Below are positions 36,552 to 50,235 of a stretch of DNA of 64,000 nucleotides, piece by piece. Positions within the stretch are counted from its first letter, which is position 1, and the number at the start of each line of letters is the position of its first letter. The position numbers and the translations under genes are program-made. A model generated the notes under the pieces. It saw nothing but the letters and a program-made list of their open reading frames with translations, was not told the origin of the DNA and searched no databases. Source of the DNA: Heterodontus francisci (Eukaryota). Location of the stretch: the NCBI RefSeq assembly GCF_036365525.1, contig NC_090382.1:90330574-90394573 (forward strand), written 5' to 3'.

Positions 36552-39500
36552 TTAGAATTAGAACATTACAGCGCAGTACAGGCCCTTCGGCCCTCAATGT
36601 TGCGCCGGCCTGTGAAACCATCTGACCTACACTATTCCATTTTCATCCATATGTCTGTCCAATGACCACTTAAATGCCCTTAAAGTTGGCAAGTCTACTG
36701 CTGCAGACAGGGCGTTCCACGCCCCTACTACTCTCTGAGTAAAGAAACTACCTCTGACATCTGCCCTATATCTATCACCCCACAACTTAAAGCTATGTCC
36801 CCACGTGTTTGCCATCACCATCTGAGGAAAAGGACTCTCACTATCCACCCTATCTAACCCTCTGATTATCTTGTATGTCTCTATTAAGTCACCTCTCCTC
36901 CTTCTCTCCAAGGAAAACAACCTCAAGTCCTTTCCTCGTAAGACCTTCCCTCCATACCAGGCAACATCCTAGTAAATCTCCTTTGCACCCTTTCCATAGC
37001 TTCCACATCCTTCCTATAATGCGGTGACCAGAACTGCATGCAATACTCCAGGTGCGGTCTCACCAGAGTTTTGTAAAGCTGCAGCATAACCTCGTGACTC
37101 CGAAACTCGATCCCCCTACTAATAAAAGCGAACACACCATATGCCGCCTTAACAACCCTATTAACCTGGGTAGCAACCTTCAGGGATTTATGCACCTGGA
37201 CACCAAGATCTCTCTGTTCATCTACACTACCCAGAATCTTCCCATTAGCCCAGTACTCTGCATTCCTGTTACTCCTTCCAAAGTGAATCACCTCGCACTT
37301 TTCCGCATTAAACTCCATTTGCCAGCTCTGCAGCCTATCTATGTCCCTCTGTACCCTACAACATCCTTCGGCACTATCCACAACTCCACCGACCTTAGTG
37401 TCATCCGCAAATTTACTAACCCACCCTTCTACACCCTTTTCCAGGTCATTTATAAAAATGACAAACAGCAGTGGCCCCAAAACAGATCCTTGCGGTACAC
37501 CACTAGTAACTAAACTCCAGGATGAACATTTGCCATCAACCACCACCCTCTGTCTTCTTTCAGCTAGCCAATTTCTGATCCAAAGCTCTAAATCACCTTC
37601 AACCCCATACTTCCGTATTTTCTGCAATAGCCTACCGTGGGGAACCTTATCAAACGCCTTACTGAAATCCATATACACCACATCCACTGCTTTACCCTCA
37701 TCCACCTGTTTGGTCACCTTCTCGAAAAACTCAATAAGGTTTGTGAGGCACGACCGACCCGTCACAAAACCGTGCTGACTATCTCTAATGAACTTATTCT
37801 TTTCAAGATGATTATAAATCCTGTCTCTTATAACCTTTTCCAACATTTTACCCACAACCGAAGTGAGGCTCACAGGTCTATAATTACCAGGGCTGTCTCT
37901 ACTCCCCTTCTTGAACAAGGGGACAACATTTGCTATCCTCCAGTCTTCCGGCACTATTCCTGTCGACAATGACGACATAAAGATCAAGGACAAAGGCTCT
38001 GCAATCTCCTCCCTAGCTTCCCAGGGAATCCGAGGATAAATCCCATCTGGCCCAGGGGACTTATATATTTTCACACTTTCCAAAATTGATAACACCTCCT
38101 CCTTGTGAACCTCAATCCCATCTAGCCTAATAGCCTGAATCTCAGTATTCTCCTCGACAACATTTTCTTTCTCCACTGTAAATACTGACACAAAATATTC
38201 ATTTAACGCTTCCCCTATCTCCTCTGATTCCACACACAACTTCCCACTACTATCCTTGATTGGCCCTAATCTAACTCTAGTCATTCTTTTATTCCTGATA
38301 TACCTATAGAAAGCCTTAGGGTTTTCCCTGATCCTATCCGCCAATGACTTCTCGTGTCCTCTCCTTGCTCTTCTTAGCTCTCCCTTTAGCTCCTTCCTGG
38401 CTAGCTTGTAACTCTCAAGCGCCCTAACTGAGCCTTCACGTCTCATCCTAACATAAGCCGCCTTCTTCCTCTTGACAAGCGCTTCAACTTCTTTAGTAAA
38501 CCACGGCTCCCTCGCTCAACAACTTCCTCCCTGCCTCACAGGTACATACTTATCAAGGACACACAGTAGCTGCTCCTTGAATAAGCTCCACATTTCGATT
38601 GTTCCCATCCCCTGCAGTTTCCTTCCCCATCCTACGCATCCTAAATCTTGCCTAATCGCATCATAATTTCCTTTCCCCCAGCTATAATTTTTGCCCTGCG
38701 GTATATACCTGTCCCTGCCCATCGCTAAGGTAAACCTAACCGAATTGTGATCACTATCACCAAAGTGCTCACCTACATCTAAATCTAACACCTGGCCGGG
38801 TTCATTACCCAGTACCAAATCCAATGTGGCATCGCCCCTGGTTGGCCTGTCTCCATACTGTGTCAGAAAACCCTCCTGCACACACTGGACAAAAACTGAC
38901 CCATCTAAAGTACTCGAACTATAGTATTTCCAGTCGATATTTGGAAAGTTAAAGTCCCCCATAACAACTACCCTGTTACTCTCGCTCCTGTCGAGAATCA
39001 TCTTCGCTTCCTTTCATCTACATCTCTGGAACTATTTGGAGGTCTATAAAAGACTCCCAACAGGGTGACCTCACCTCTCCTGTTTCTAACCTCGGCCCAT
39101 ACTACCTCAGTAGACGAGTCCTCAAATGTCCTTTCTGTCGCTGTAATACTCTCCTTGATTAACAATGCCACACCCCCCCCCCCCCCTCCCTCTTTTACCA
39201 TCTGGGATCTATCCCAGGTTACTGAGGGAAGCGAGAGAGGAAATAGCTGGGGCCTTAACAGATATCTTTGCAGCATCCTTAAACACGGGTGAGGTCCCGG
39301 AGGACTGGAGAATTGCTAATGTTGTCCCCTTGTTTAAGAAGGGTAGCAGGGATAATCCAGGTAATTATAGACCGGTGAGCCTGACGTCAGTGGTAGGGAA
39401 GCTGCTGGAGAAGATACTGAGGGATAGGATCTATTCCCATTTGGAAGAAAATGGGCTCATCAGTGATAGGCAACATGGTTTTGTGCAGGGAAGGTCATGT

Positions 39501-41512
39501 CTTACCAACTTAATAGAATTCTTTGAGGAAGTGACAAAGTTGATTGATGACGGAAGGGCTGTCGATGTCATATACATGGACTTCAGTAAGGCGTTTGATA
39601 AGGTTCCCCATGGCAGGCTGATGGAGAAAGTGAAGGCGCTTGGGGTCCAAGGTGTACTAGCTAGATGGATAAAGAACTGGCTGGGCAACAGGAGACAGAG
39701 AGTAGCAGTAGAAGGGAGTTTCTCAAAATGGAGACGTGTGACCAGTGGTGTTCCACAGGGATCCGTGCTGGGACCACTGTTGTTTGTGATATACATTAAT
39801 GATTTGGAGGAAAGTATAGGTGGACTGATTAGCAAATTTGCAGACGACACTAAGATTGGTGGAGTAGCAGATAGTGAAGGGGACTGTCAGAGAATACAGC
39901 AGAATATAGATAGATTGGAGAGTTGGGCAGAGAAATGGCAGATGGAGTTCAATCAGGGCAAATGCGAGGTGATGCATTTTGGAAGATCCAATTCAAGAGT
40001 GAACTATACAGTAAATGGAAAAGTCCTGGGGAAAATTGATGTCCAGAGAGATTTGGGTGTTCAGGTCCACTGTTCCCTGAAGGTGGCAACGCAGGTAAAT
40101 AGAGTGGTCAAGAAGGCATACGGCATGCTTTCCTTCATTGGACGGGGCATTGAGTACAAGAGTTGGCAGGTCATGTTACAGTTGTATAGGACTTTGGTTC
40201 GGCCACATTTGGAATACTGCGTACAGTTCTGGTCGCCACATTATCAAAAGGATGTGGATGCTTTGGAGAGGGTGCAGAGGAGGTTCACCAGGATGTTGCC
40301 TGGTATGGAGGGCGCTAGCTATGAAGAGAGGTTGAGTAGATTAGGATTATTTTCATTAGAAAGACGGAGGTTGAGGGGGGACCTGATTGAGGTGTACAAA
40401 ATCATGAGAGGTATAGACAGGGTGGATAGCAAGAAGCTTTTTCCCAGAGTGGGGGTTTCAATTACTAGAGGACACGAGTTCAAAGTGAAAGGGGAAAAGT
40501 TTAGGGGGGATATGCGTGGAAAGTTCTTTACGCAGAGGGTGGTGGGCACCTGGAACGCATTGCCAGCGGAGGTGGTAGATGCGGGCACGATGGAGTCTTT
40601 TAAGATGTATCTAGACAGATACATGAATGGGCAGGAAGAAAAGAGATACAGAAGCTTAGAAAATAGGCGACATGTTTAGAGAGAGGCTCTGGATCGGCGC
40701 AGGCTTGGAGGGCCGAAGGGCCTGTTCCTGTGCTGTAATTATCTTTGTTCTTTGTTCTTTGTTCTCTGTTCTTACTGAAACATCTAAATCCCGGAACCTG
40801 CAACATCCAATCCTGCCCCTGCTCTACCCATGTCTCCGAAATGGCCACTACATCGAGATCCCAGGTACCAACCCATGCTGCAAGCTCACCCACCTTATTC
40901 CGGATGCTCCTGGCGTTGAAGTAGACACACTTTAAATCAAGTTCTTGCTTGCCAGTGCCCTCTTGCGTCCTTGTAACCCTATCCCTGACCTCACTACTCT
41001 CAACATCCTGTACACTGGCACTACAATTTAGGTTCCCATTCCCCTGCTGAATTAGTTTAAACCCCCCCGAAGAGCACTAGCAAATCTCCCCCCCAGGACA
41101 CTGGTACCCCTCTGGTTCAGGTGAAGACCATCCTGTTTGTAGAGGTCCCACCTACCCCAGAAAGAGCCCCAATTATCCAGGAAACCAAAACCCTCACTCC
41201 TGCACCATCCCTGCAGCCACGTGTTCAACTCCTCTCTCTCCCTATTCCTCGCTTCGCTATCACGTGGCACGGGCAACAACCCAGAGGCCTGTACCCCATT
41301 GCTTACCCCTGGTAAGTCATCCCCCGCAACAGTATCCAAAACGGTATACCTGTTGTTGAGGGAAACGGCCACAGGGGATCCCTGCACTGCCTGCTGGTTC
41401 CCTCTCCTTCCCCTAACGGTAACCCATCTACCTACTTCTTTTACCTGAGGTGTGACTGCCTCCCCATAACTCCTCTCAATAACCCCCACCGCCTCCCGAA
41501 TGATCCGATTTT
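36552..41512 (-). mobile_element. Long CR1 LINE (ORF1 part + ORF2), split by a nested CR1
   Basis: ORF1 41052..41516 (LNNRYTVL..DGLHLN); EN 40600-40893 and 38516-39276; 507-aa RT ORF 36923..38446; tail at ttagaattagaacattac. Confidence 0.95.
39202..40763 (+). mobile_element. Young 5'-truncated CR1 with uninterrupted RT domain
   Basis: 504-aa ORF with YMDFSKAFDKV, GVPQGSVLGP, FADD to the natural C-terminus; (CTTTGTT)n tail. Confidence 0.95.
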
Positions 41513-42499
41513 TCAATTTTTGGAATTGACTCTTCCAATTCTTGTCCCCTTTTATCTTATGCTCTCCACCCCCACCATTGCTGTAAATTACATGTCAGGG
41601 ATGACAGGATTGGGTCCATCTGTGATATTCCTTTCTTCCCTTCTCCCCATCTCGATCACTCATTCTCCTAGGCTTCCCTTCCCCATTTCTTGATTGGGTT
41701 GCATCTGGAAAAAGCAGGCAGGACTTCACCTGCTGTAAAGATGCTACCCTGGTCCTGGCCAACATTTTAGCTTTGGAGTCTTTAGTATATTGGAAGTAGT
41801 CTCCAAAAAATGGGTAAAGTTCTGACACAGCATACCTGGAGGGGGCCACACATCTACCACAGTGTGGGCCTGTAGGCAGCCTCAGCTGACTCAAATGGGA
41901 TTTTTAAAATTAAATAAACTTCCCTCCCCATCAACTTGTGCAAAAAGGTGGCCCGTGCACGCAGTATTCAAATTGCAAGAAACATCAAATCCTGTTTCTA
42001 TCTTTTGCATACTCTTTACATGCCTTGTATGAGCAGGCTTATTGTGTACTGACAACAGCCTCTGAAGAAACACAAAAGAACTCAAAAGCACATTGACCCT
42101 GAGCAGCTTTCTATCTCCACCCACCCAGATTTGTGGAAAATCCATTGGGTGGGAGAGGGGGAAACCAGAAAGCCTAGGCCATTTTCTCTCTCGAGCTATG
42201 ACGTGTTTTTTTTTCCTGTATGCTTGTTTTGCTAAATGAATTGCCTTTGTAGTATAGGAAGAAATCTGAAAGGCATCCTTGACGTGGAGGAAGGAAGCTG
42301 CCTCCAGTTAAAATATAGGATCATTGGATTGAATAGCAATAAGATTTTGCAACAGAATGACTTGGTTTTGGTAATCCTTGCTTCATCTCAGTGGTTTTGC
42401 GGTGTCCGTAGTATTCCAACCACCAGAACTAAGAACTCATAACAAACCAGGCAAGAAACATGGTGCAATTCACGAGAGAGTGAGAGCACTTGGATGGGT

Positions 42500-43375
42500 A
42501 TGAGCTGATCAAGAAGAGCTTGGATTGTGAAGATCATTTGTCATGCCTGACTAACTTTGTTATTTTTACGTATTTGCTCATGATGGATATGGATGTGTCT
42601 AGATATTGTCTCTATGTCCGTAAGGCATTTTAATGTTCAGCACAGAAGATTATTGGCTAAGATGAAGATGCACAGAATTTGGAGGTAAGATTGTAACCTG
42701 GGTTGGCAATTAATTGGAATATAGAAGACAGTAAAGTTAAAGGGAATGTGCTGCAATTGGTGGGACAAATGCTATTCCTGGGATCTGTAGTGGAGCCTAA
42801 GCTTTTCACAATGATATGTTAGTGACCTGGATGAAAGGATAGAATTGTATATTCAAGTTTGCAGATTGCACTAAGTTGTGTAAATGGGAGCAGGATGTTA
42901 TAAAGGGACATAGACTGGGCAAAACTATGATGCATAGAGTATAATGTGGGGAAGCTTTATGCCACCCACTTCGGATCAGAAAAAGACATAGTTTATTTTT
43001 TTAATGGTGTGAATTGAGGAGCTGTGAAGAAGCAAATAGATTTAGTATCCATGTTCACAATAGTAAAAGCTAGTTTACAGGTACAAAAACCACCAAAAAG
43101 GCTAATCAGATGTTGGGCTTTATCATGAGAGTGTTGGAATTCAAAAGTAGGGAAGTGATGTTTCAGTTGTATAGGGCCTTTGTCAGATGTCATCTGGAGT
43201 ATTGGGTTTGACTTCTGGTACCAAACCTCAGGAAAGATATATTGACCTTGGAAGGGGTGCTTCATGAATTCACCAGAATTCTACCAGTTCTTAAAGGAGA
43301 TCAAAGATTGAGGATAGGTTGCATAAACTTGGCTTGTATTCCCTTGAGTTTAGAAGGTGGGAGGGTGAGGCAATA
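42500..43375 (+). mobile_element. Highly degenerate CR1 RT fragment
   Basis: ggatctgtagtggagcct, aagtttgcagattgcactaag, cagttgtatagggcctttgtcaga resemble CR1 RT motifs. Confidence 0.65.
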
Positions 43376-43882
43376 GATTTGAAGGGAATGGTGCATGTAC
43401 AAGAAGCCAAAGTGAGGAATGTGGAGTTCTCAGATAGCTGAAGGGTTGGAAAGGTTACAAATATTGAGAAGGGTGAAGGGATTTAAACACTAGGATAAGA
43501 ATTTAAATGTTATGAGAGTGGGAGTCAATGCAGGTCAGTGAACTTATGGGTGATGGTATAGAACAGAATATCAGTAATGGTTTTGGATGACCTGAAGTTT
43601 ATGGAGGATGGGGAGCCATCCAGGAGTGCATTGGGATAATCAAAATAGCAAATACATGGACAGGAGTTTCAGCAACAGATGGGCTGATTCAGTGAAGGCA
43701 GCACACAATGTTAAGGAGGTGACTGTAGATGGTCTTTTTGACAGAGGGGCTATGGGTTCTGAAACTCAGTTCACAAATAGGTGTCACAGTTTTGAGCAGT
43801 CTGGTTCAAACCAAGACAGTGACCAGGCAAGGAGATGAAATTGGTAAATATGCCAAGTGTGTGGTAGGGGCTGGAAACAAGT

Positions 43883-46800
43883 GTCATAGAGTTGTACAGC
43901 ATAGAAACAGGCCCTTTGGCCCACCGCCTCCATGCCGATCATAATGCCTATCTATACTAATCCCACCTGCCTGCATTAATTCCATATCCCTCTATGCCTT
44001 TCTTATTCAAGTACCTGTCCGGATACCTCTTAAATGTTGCTACTGTTCCTGCCTCCGCCACCTCCTGTGGCAGCTCATTCCAGATACCCTCTATTCTTTG
44101 TGTGAAAAATTTACCCCTTTGATCCCCTTTAAACCTCCTCCCTCTCACCTTAAATCTATGCCCTCTAGTTTTAGTCACCCCTACCATGGGAAACACTCTG
44201 GCTATCTACCCTATCTATGCCTCATAATTTTATATACCTCTATCATGTCCCCTCTCAGCCTCCTTCATTCCAGGGAAAACAGACCCAGCCTATCCAATCT
44301 CTCTTTATAACTCAAGCCTTCCAAACTAGGCAACATCCTGGTGAATCTTTTCTGCACCCTCTCTAGCTTAATCACATCTTTCCTGTAGTGCGGCGACCAG
44401 AACTGCGCACAGTACTCCAAATGCGGCCTAACCAACGTTATGTACAACTGTAACATGACGTCCCAACTCTTGTACTCAATGCCTTGGCCGATGAAGGCAA
44501 GCATGCCATACGCCTTCTTCACCAACCTGTCTACCTGTGTTGCCACTTTCAGGGAACTATGTACTGGCACCCCAAGGTCTCTCAGCTCAACAACACTCCC
44601 CAGGGCCCTGCCATTCACTGTGTATGTCCTGCCCAGGTTTAACTTCCCAAAATGCATCACTTCACACTTGTCCACGTTTAATTCCATTTGCCACTCCCTT
44701 GCCCACTTTCCCAGTTGATCTATATCCTGTTCTAACCTTAGACAACCTTCTTCACTGTGCACTATACCACCAATTTTGGTGTCATCTGCGAACTTACTAA
44801 TCATGCCCCCTACATTCACATCCAAGTCATTAATATATATGACAAACAACAGAGGGCCCAGCACTGATCCCTGCGGCATGCCACTGGTCACCGGCCTCCA
44901 ATCTGAAAAACAACCCTCCGCTACCACCCTCTGCCTCCTATCACCAAGTCAATTTTGTATCCAATTGGCTAGTTCATCCTGAATCCCATATGTTTGAACC
45001 TTCTGGACCAGCCTACCATGCGGGACCTTGTCAAAGGCCTTGCTAAAGTCCATGTAGACAACGTCCATCGCCTGCCCTCAGCAATCCTCTTGGTCACCTC
45101 CTCAAAAAACTCAATCAAATTCATGAGACATGATTTCCCACGCACAAAGCCATGCTGACTATCCCTAATCAGACCTTGCCTTTCCAAATGCATATAAATC
45201 CAGTCTCTCAGAATCCCTTCCAATAACTTTCCCACCACTGATGTATGGCTCACCAGCCTGTAGTTCCCTGGCTTATCCCTGCTGCCCTTCTTAAATAAAG
45301 GCACAACATTAGCTATCCTCCAGTCTTCTGGTACCTCACCCGTGGCTAATGATGATACAAAAATCTCTGCCAGGGCCCCAGCAATCTCCTCCCTTGCTTC
45401 CCATAGCATCCTAGGATACACCTGGTCAGGCTCTGGGGGTTTATCCACCTTGATGCGCTTCAAAACCTCCAACACCACCTCCTTTGTAATGTTGATATGC
45501 TCCAGGATGTCGCTGTTCCCTCCCTTGAACTCACCAGCTTCCATGACCTTCACCATGGTAAATACAGACGAGAAGTATTCATTTACAAAGTGATTACTGA
45601 CCACCGCAGCCGACAGCTTACATCATCCGACTGTGCCAATCTGCGCACATGCGCAGATTGGTCCCTACCCTATCCGCAGTGCCAGGACTGGTTGTTGCAT
45701 GCGCAGATGATGTCATCACGTAATGCGGGCAGATGGTGGGGGGAGAGGGGGTCTGGGGAGCAGGTAGAGAGCGGGTGTGGGGAGAACGCGGCCGAAGACC
45801 ATGCTGGTGGCAGCTGCGCGCTCCTCCTTCCCCCTGCCACCTGCCTGCTCGCTCACTGCCCCCCCCCACCTCCATTCGTTGGCTCGCCCGCCCACTCCCT
45901 CCCTCCCCTCTCCTCCCCGGCCTGCTTGCTCCCTCCCCTCCGACCATTGTGTGCTGCTATGTGTTTAGGTTGCCAATGTGTGATTATTTGAGCAGTGCCA
46001 TCTTTAATCCTGGCAGCTGCCTGACGTCGCAGACTGTGACATTTTAGTGGCACAGGCTGCATTTGCGCATGTGCCATTGCAGCGTCACCTAGTGGCGGCG
46101 TTGTCAGCAAACGCAGCCATTCATTTAAGACCATTTCCCGTGGCTGCACACATAGGTTACCACACTGATCCTTAAGGGGACCTACTCTCTCCCTAGCTAC
46201 CCTTTTGCTCTTAATATACTTATAGAATCTTTTACTATTCTCCTTTATCTTATCTGCCAGGGAAATCTCATGGCCCTTTTTTGCTTTCCTAACTTCCTTC
46301 TTAAGAGTAGTCCTACATCCCCCATACTCCTCGAGGGACTTGCTGGATCCCAGCTGCCTATACCTGACATATGCCTCCTTCTTTATCCTGACCAGACCCT
46401 CAATATACCTCGTCAACCAAGGTTCCCTAAACTTGCCAGCCTTGCCCTTTCATCTAACAGGAACATGCAGGCCCTGAACTCGTCCTATTTCACTTTTAAA
46501 AGCTTCCCACTTGCCAAATGTCCCTTTACCTGTAAACAGCCTCTCCCATTCAACTTTTGAGAGTTCCTGTCTGATGCCATCAAAATTAACCTTCTCCCAA
46601 TTTAGGACTTCAACCTGAGGACCAGTCCTATCCTTTTCCATAACTATCTTGAAGCTAATAGAGTTATGGTCACTGGTCCCAAAGTGCTCCCCCACTGACA
46701 CGCCAACCACCTGCCCAGCCTTATTTCCCAAGAGGAGGTCAAGTGTAGCCCTTTCTCTAGTAGGGCCATCCACATACTGCTTCAGGAAACTATCCTGGGC

Positions 46801-48236
46801 ACACTTAACAAATTCTTCCTCATCTGATCCCTTTGCACTAAGGCAGTCCCAATCAATATTAGGGAGGTTAAAATCACCTACTATTACAACCCTATAATTC
46901 ATACACCTATCTCTGATTTCCCTACATATATGCTCCTCCAATTCCCTTTGACTATTGGGGGGGCCTATAGTATAATCCCATCAAAGTGATCACCCCTTTC
47001 TTATTTCTAAGTTCTACCCATATGGCCTCGCTGGACATTCCCCCCGGGATATCCTCTCTAAGTACTGCTGTGATGTCCTCCCTAATCAATAGTGCAGCTC
47101 CCCCTCCTCTCTTACCTCTACCTCTGTCATGCCGGAAGCATCGGTACCCCAGAACATTGAGCTGCCAGTCCTGCCCATCCCTCAACCATGTTTCCGTAAT
47201 AGCTATAATATCACAATCCCATGTACCGATCCATGCTCTGAGTTCATCTGCTTTACCTGTAAGGCTTCTTGCATTAAAGTAAATGCAGTTTAGCCTACCA
47301 GACCTTCCACGCTCCCTGTCCTGCCCCTACCCGGCCTGCCTACTGGACTTGCTTGCTTTAACCTCCACATTTGTCTCAACTATCTCATCGGAGAGACTAC
47401 TACTTTGGGTCCAACCCCCCTGCCAGACTAGTTTAAACCCTCCTGAGTAGTAATAGCAAACCTCCCCACAAGGATATTGGTCCCCTTCCAGTTCAGATGC
47501 AACCCGTCCCTCTTGTACAGGTCACCTCTGCACCAGAAAAGATCCCAATGATCCAAGCAGCTGAAGCCCTCCCGCCTACACCAGCTCTTCAGCCATGCAT
47601 TAATTTGCCTTATCCTTCTATTCCTACCCTCACTAGCACGTGGCACAGGGAGTAATCCTGAGATTACAACCCTAGAGGTCCTGCTTTTTAACCTTCTGCC
47701 TAACTCCCTATATTCACTTTGCAGGACCTCATCGCTCTTCCTGCCTATGTCGTTGGTACCAATGTGGACCACGACCTCTGGCTGCTCACCCTCCCCTTTC
47801 AGAATGTCCTGCAGCCACTCCTAGACATCCTTGACCCTAGCACCTGGGAGGCAACATACCATCCTGGAGTCTCGTTTGCAGCCACAGAAACGCCTATCTG
47901 CACCCCTTACGATAGAATCCTCTATCACTATAGCTCTTCCACTCCTTTTCCTCTCCTGTTGTGCAGCAGAGCCCTCCGTGGTGCCACGGACCTGGCTGTT
48001 GCTGCTTTCCCCTGGGAGGTCATCCCCCCCCCAACAGTAGCCAAAGCGGTATATATGTTTGAGAGGGGGATGGCCACAGGGGACTCCTGCACTACCTTCC
48101 TGCGCCTACTACTCCGTCTGGTGTTCACCCATCCCTTTTCTGCCTGTGCAGCCATTACCTGCGGTGTGACCACGTCGCTAAACGTGCTATCCATGACGTC
48201 GTCAGCATCGCGGATGCTCCACAGTGAATCCACTGC
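43883..48236 (-). mobile_element. Near full-length CR1 LINE (ORF1 esterase + ORF2), frameshifted
   Basis: VAIPLSNIYTAL, VHIGTNDIG, DGLHLN (ORF1); VIVGDFNLP, TSDHN (EN); GMPQGSVLGP, FADD (RT); tail at gtcatagagttgtacagc. Confidence 0.95.
45586..46118. mobile_element. Unclassified 533-bp GC-rich insertion with 9-bp target-site duplication
   Basis: ATTCATTTA at 45577-45585 and 46119-46127; removing the insert restores CR1 ...VLNEYFSSVFT. Confidence 0.85.
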
Positions 48237-48259
48237 GTTAATCAAAGTGTGTTAACCTT

Positions 48260-50235
48260 CCCAAAAAGTTGATAAAGGAAAAAATAGAATGAGAGTAAAC
48301 TAGCCAGCAATATAAAAACAGATTGTAAGGGCTTTTATAAGTACATAAAAAGGAAGAGAGCAGCTAAAGCAGACGTTGGTCCCTTAGAGACAGAGACAGG
48401 AGAAGTCATCATGGGGAATGAGAAAATGGCAGAGGCATTGAACAAATAATTTGTGTCTATTTTCACAGTAGACGACACAAGTTCCATACCAGAAATAGGT
48501 ATTAAATAGGGGCTAAAAAGATAGAGGAAATTAAGGAAATTAATATCAGTCGGAAAAAAGTATTGGAGAAACTTGGACTAAAATCTGACACGTCCCCAGG
48601 ACCAGATGGCCTACATCCTAGGTTCTAAAAGTGATAGCTGCAGCGATGGTGGATGTGCTGGCTATGATTTTCCAGAATTCCTTCGATTCAGGAACGGTCC
48701 TGTCAGATTGGAAGTTGGCAAATGTTATAAGAACATAAGAAATAGGAGCAGGAAAAGGCCATTCAGCCCCTCAAGCCTGCCCTGCCCTGCCCATTCAATA
48801 AGATTATGGTTGATCTGTCCCGCATTTCAAGAAAGGAGAGAGAAAACAGGGAACTACAGGCCAGTTAGCCTAACATCAGTCATTGGGAAGATGCTGGAAA
48901 CTATTATTAAGGAAGTCTTAACATTGCACTTGGAAAAGCATAGAATGATTAGAACAAGTCAGCATGGTTTTACTAAAGCGAAATCCTGTTTGTCAAATTC
49001 ATTAGTTTTTTGAGGATGTAACTAGTAGGGTAGGTAAAGGGGAACCAGTAGATGTCGTATACCTAGATTTTCAAAAGGCATTCGATAAGGTGCCACATAA
49101 AAGATTATAAGAGCTCATGGTGTTGGGGATAATATATCAGCATAGATAGAGGATTGGTTAACAGACAGGAAGCAGAGAGTGGGGTTAAATGATGCATTTT
49201 CAAGTTGGCAGGCAATGAATAGTGAGGTGCCACAAGGATAAGTGCCGGGGCCTCAGCTATTTACACTCTATTAATGACGTGGATGAAGAGACAGAGAGTA
49301 AAGTATCTAAGTTTGCTGATGATACAAAGCTCAGTGGAAAAGCAAGCTGCGGGGAGGATGAAGAGAGGCTGCAGAGAGGATATAGACAGGTTAAGTGAGT
49401 GGGCAACAAGATGGCAAATGGAGTATAATGTAAGGAAGTGTGAAGTTGTTCACTTTGGTCATAAAAATAGAAAAGCAGAATATTTTTTAAAAGATGTGAA
49501 ACAGGTAAGTGTTGATGTGCAGAGAGACGTGGGGGAACGCACAACGTTAACAGGCAGGTGCAGCAGGCTATTAGGAAGGTAAATGGCACGTTGGCCTTTA
49601 TTGCAAGGGGATTGGAGTACAGGAATAAAGAAATCTTACTAAAATTGTACAGGGCTTTGGTGAGACCGCATCTGGAATACTGTGTGCAGTTTTGGTCTCC
49701 ACATTTAAGAAAGGATATACTTGCACTGGAGGCAATGCAGTGAAGATTTACTAAATTGGCTCCTGGGATGAGCGGATTGTCCCATGATGACAGGCTGAGT
49801 AAATTGGGCGTATGTTCTCTGGAGTTTAGAAGAATGAGAGGTGATCTAATGGAGACATACAAGATTCTGAAAGGGCTGGATAGGGTGGGAGCTGAGACAT
49901 TGTTCTCACTGGTCAGGGAATCTAGAACATGGGGACACAGTCTCAGGATAAGGGATCAATCATTCAGGACTGCGATGAGGAGAAATGGCTTCACTGAAAG
50001 GGTTGTGAATCTTTGGAATTCTCTAACCCAGCGGGTTGTGGATGCTCCATCATTGAATACATTTAAGGCTGGGATAGTTAGATTTTTGGTCTTGCAGGGA
50101 ATCAAGGGATAGGATGGGAGCAGGCAGGAAAGTGGCATTGAAGTCCAAGATCAGCCATGATCGTATTGAATGGCGGAGCAGGCTCTATCGGCCATATGAT
50201 CTACTACTGCTCCAATTTCTTGTGTTCTTGTGTTC
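48260..50235 (+). mobile_element. Degenerate CR1 ORF2 with a short inverted CR1 tail inserted at ~48727-48815
   Basis: GNYRPVSLTSVIGKMLE, ALVRPHLEYCVQFWSP, RVVNLWNSL; tail tcttgtgttcttgtgttc. Confidence 0.88.

Noticed and set aside
39165-39201. Proline-rich N-terminus of the 504-aa RT ORF as a novel fusion
   Set aside because: It is the antisense C-run of the host CR1 read into the nested element
41595-42145. Two minus-strand ORFs (99 and 84 aa) in non-repetitive-looking sequence as exons of a neighbour gene
   Set aside because: No recognisable protein similarity or convincing splice pair; unresolved without a search
45497-46416. Cluster of overlapping ORFs across the GC-rich insertion
   Set aside because: Expected from stop-poor GC-rich sequence; low-complexity translations
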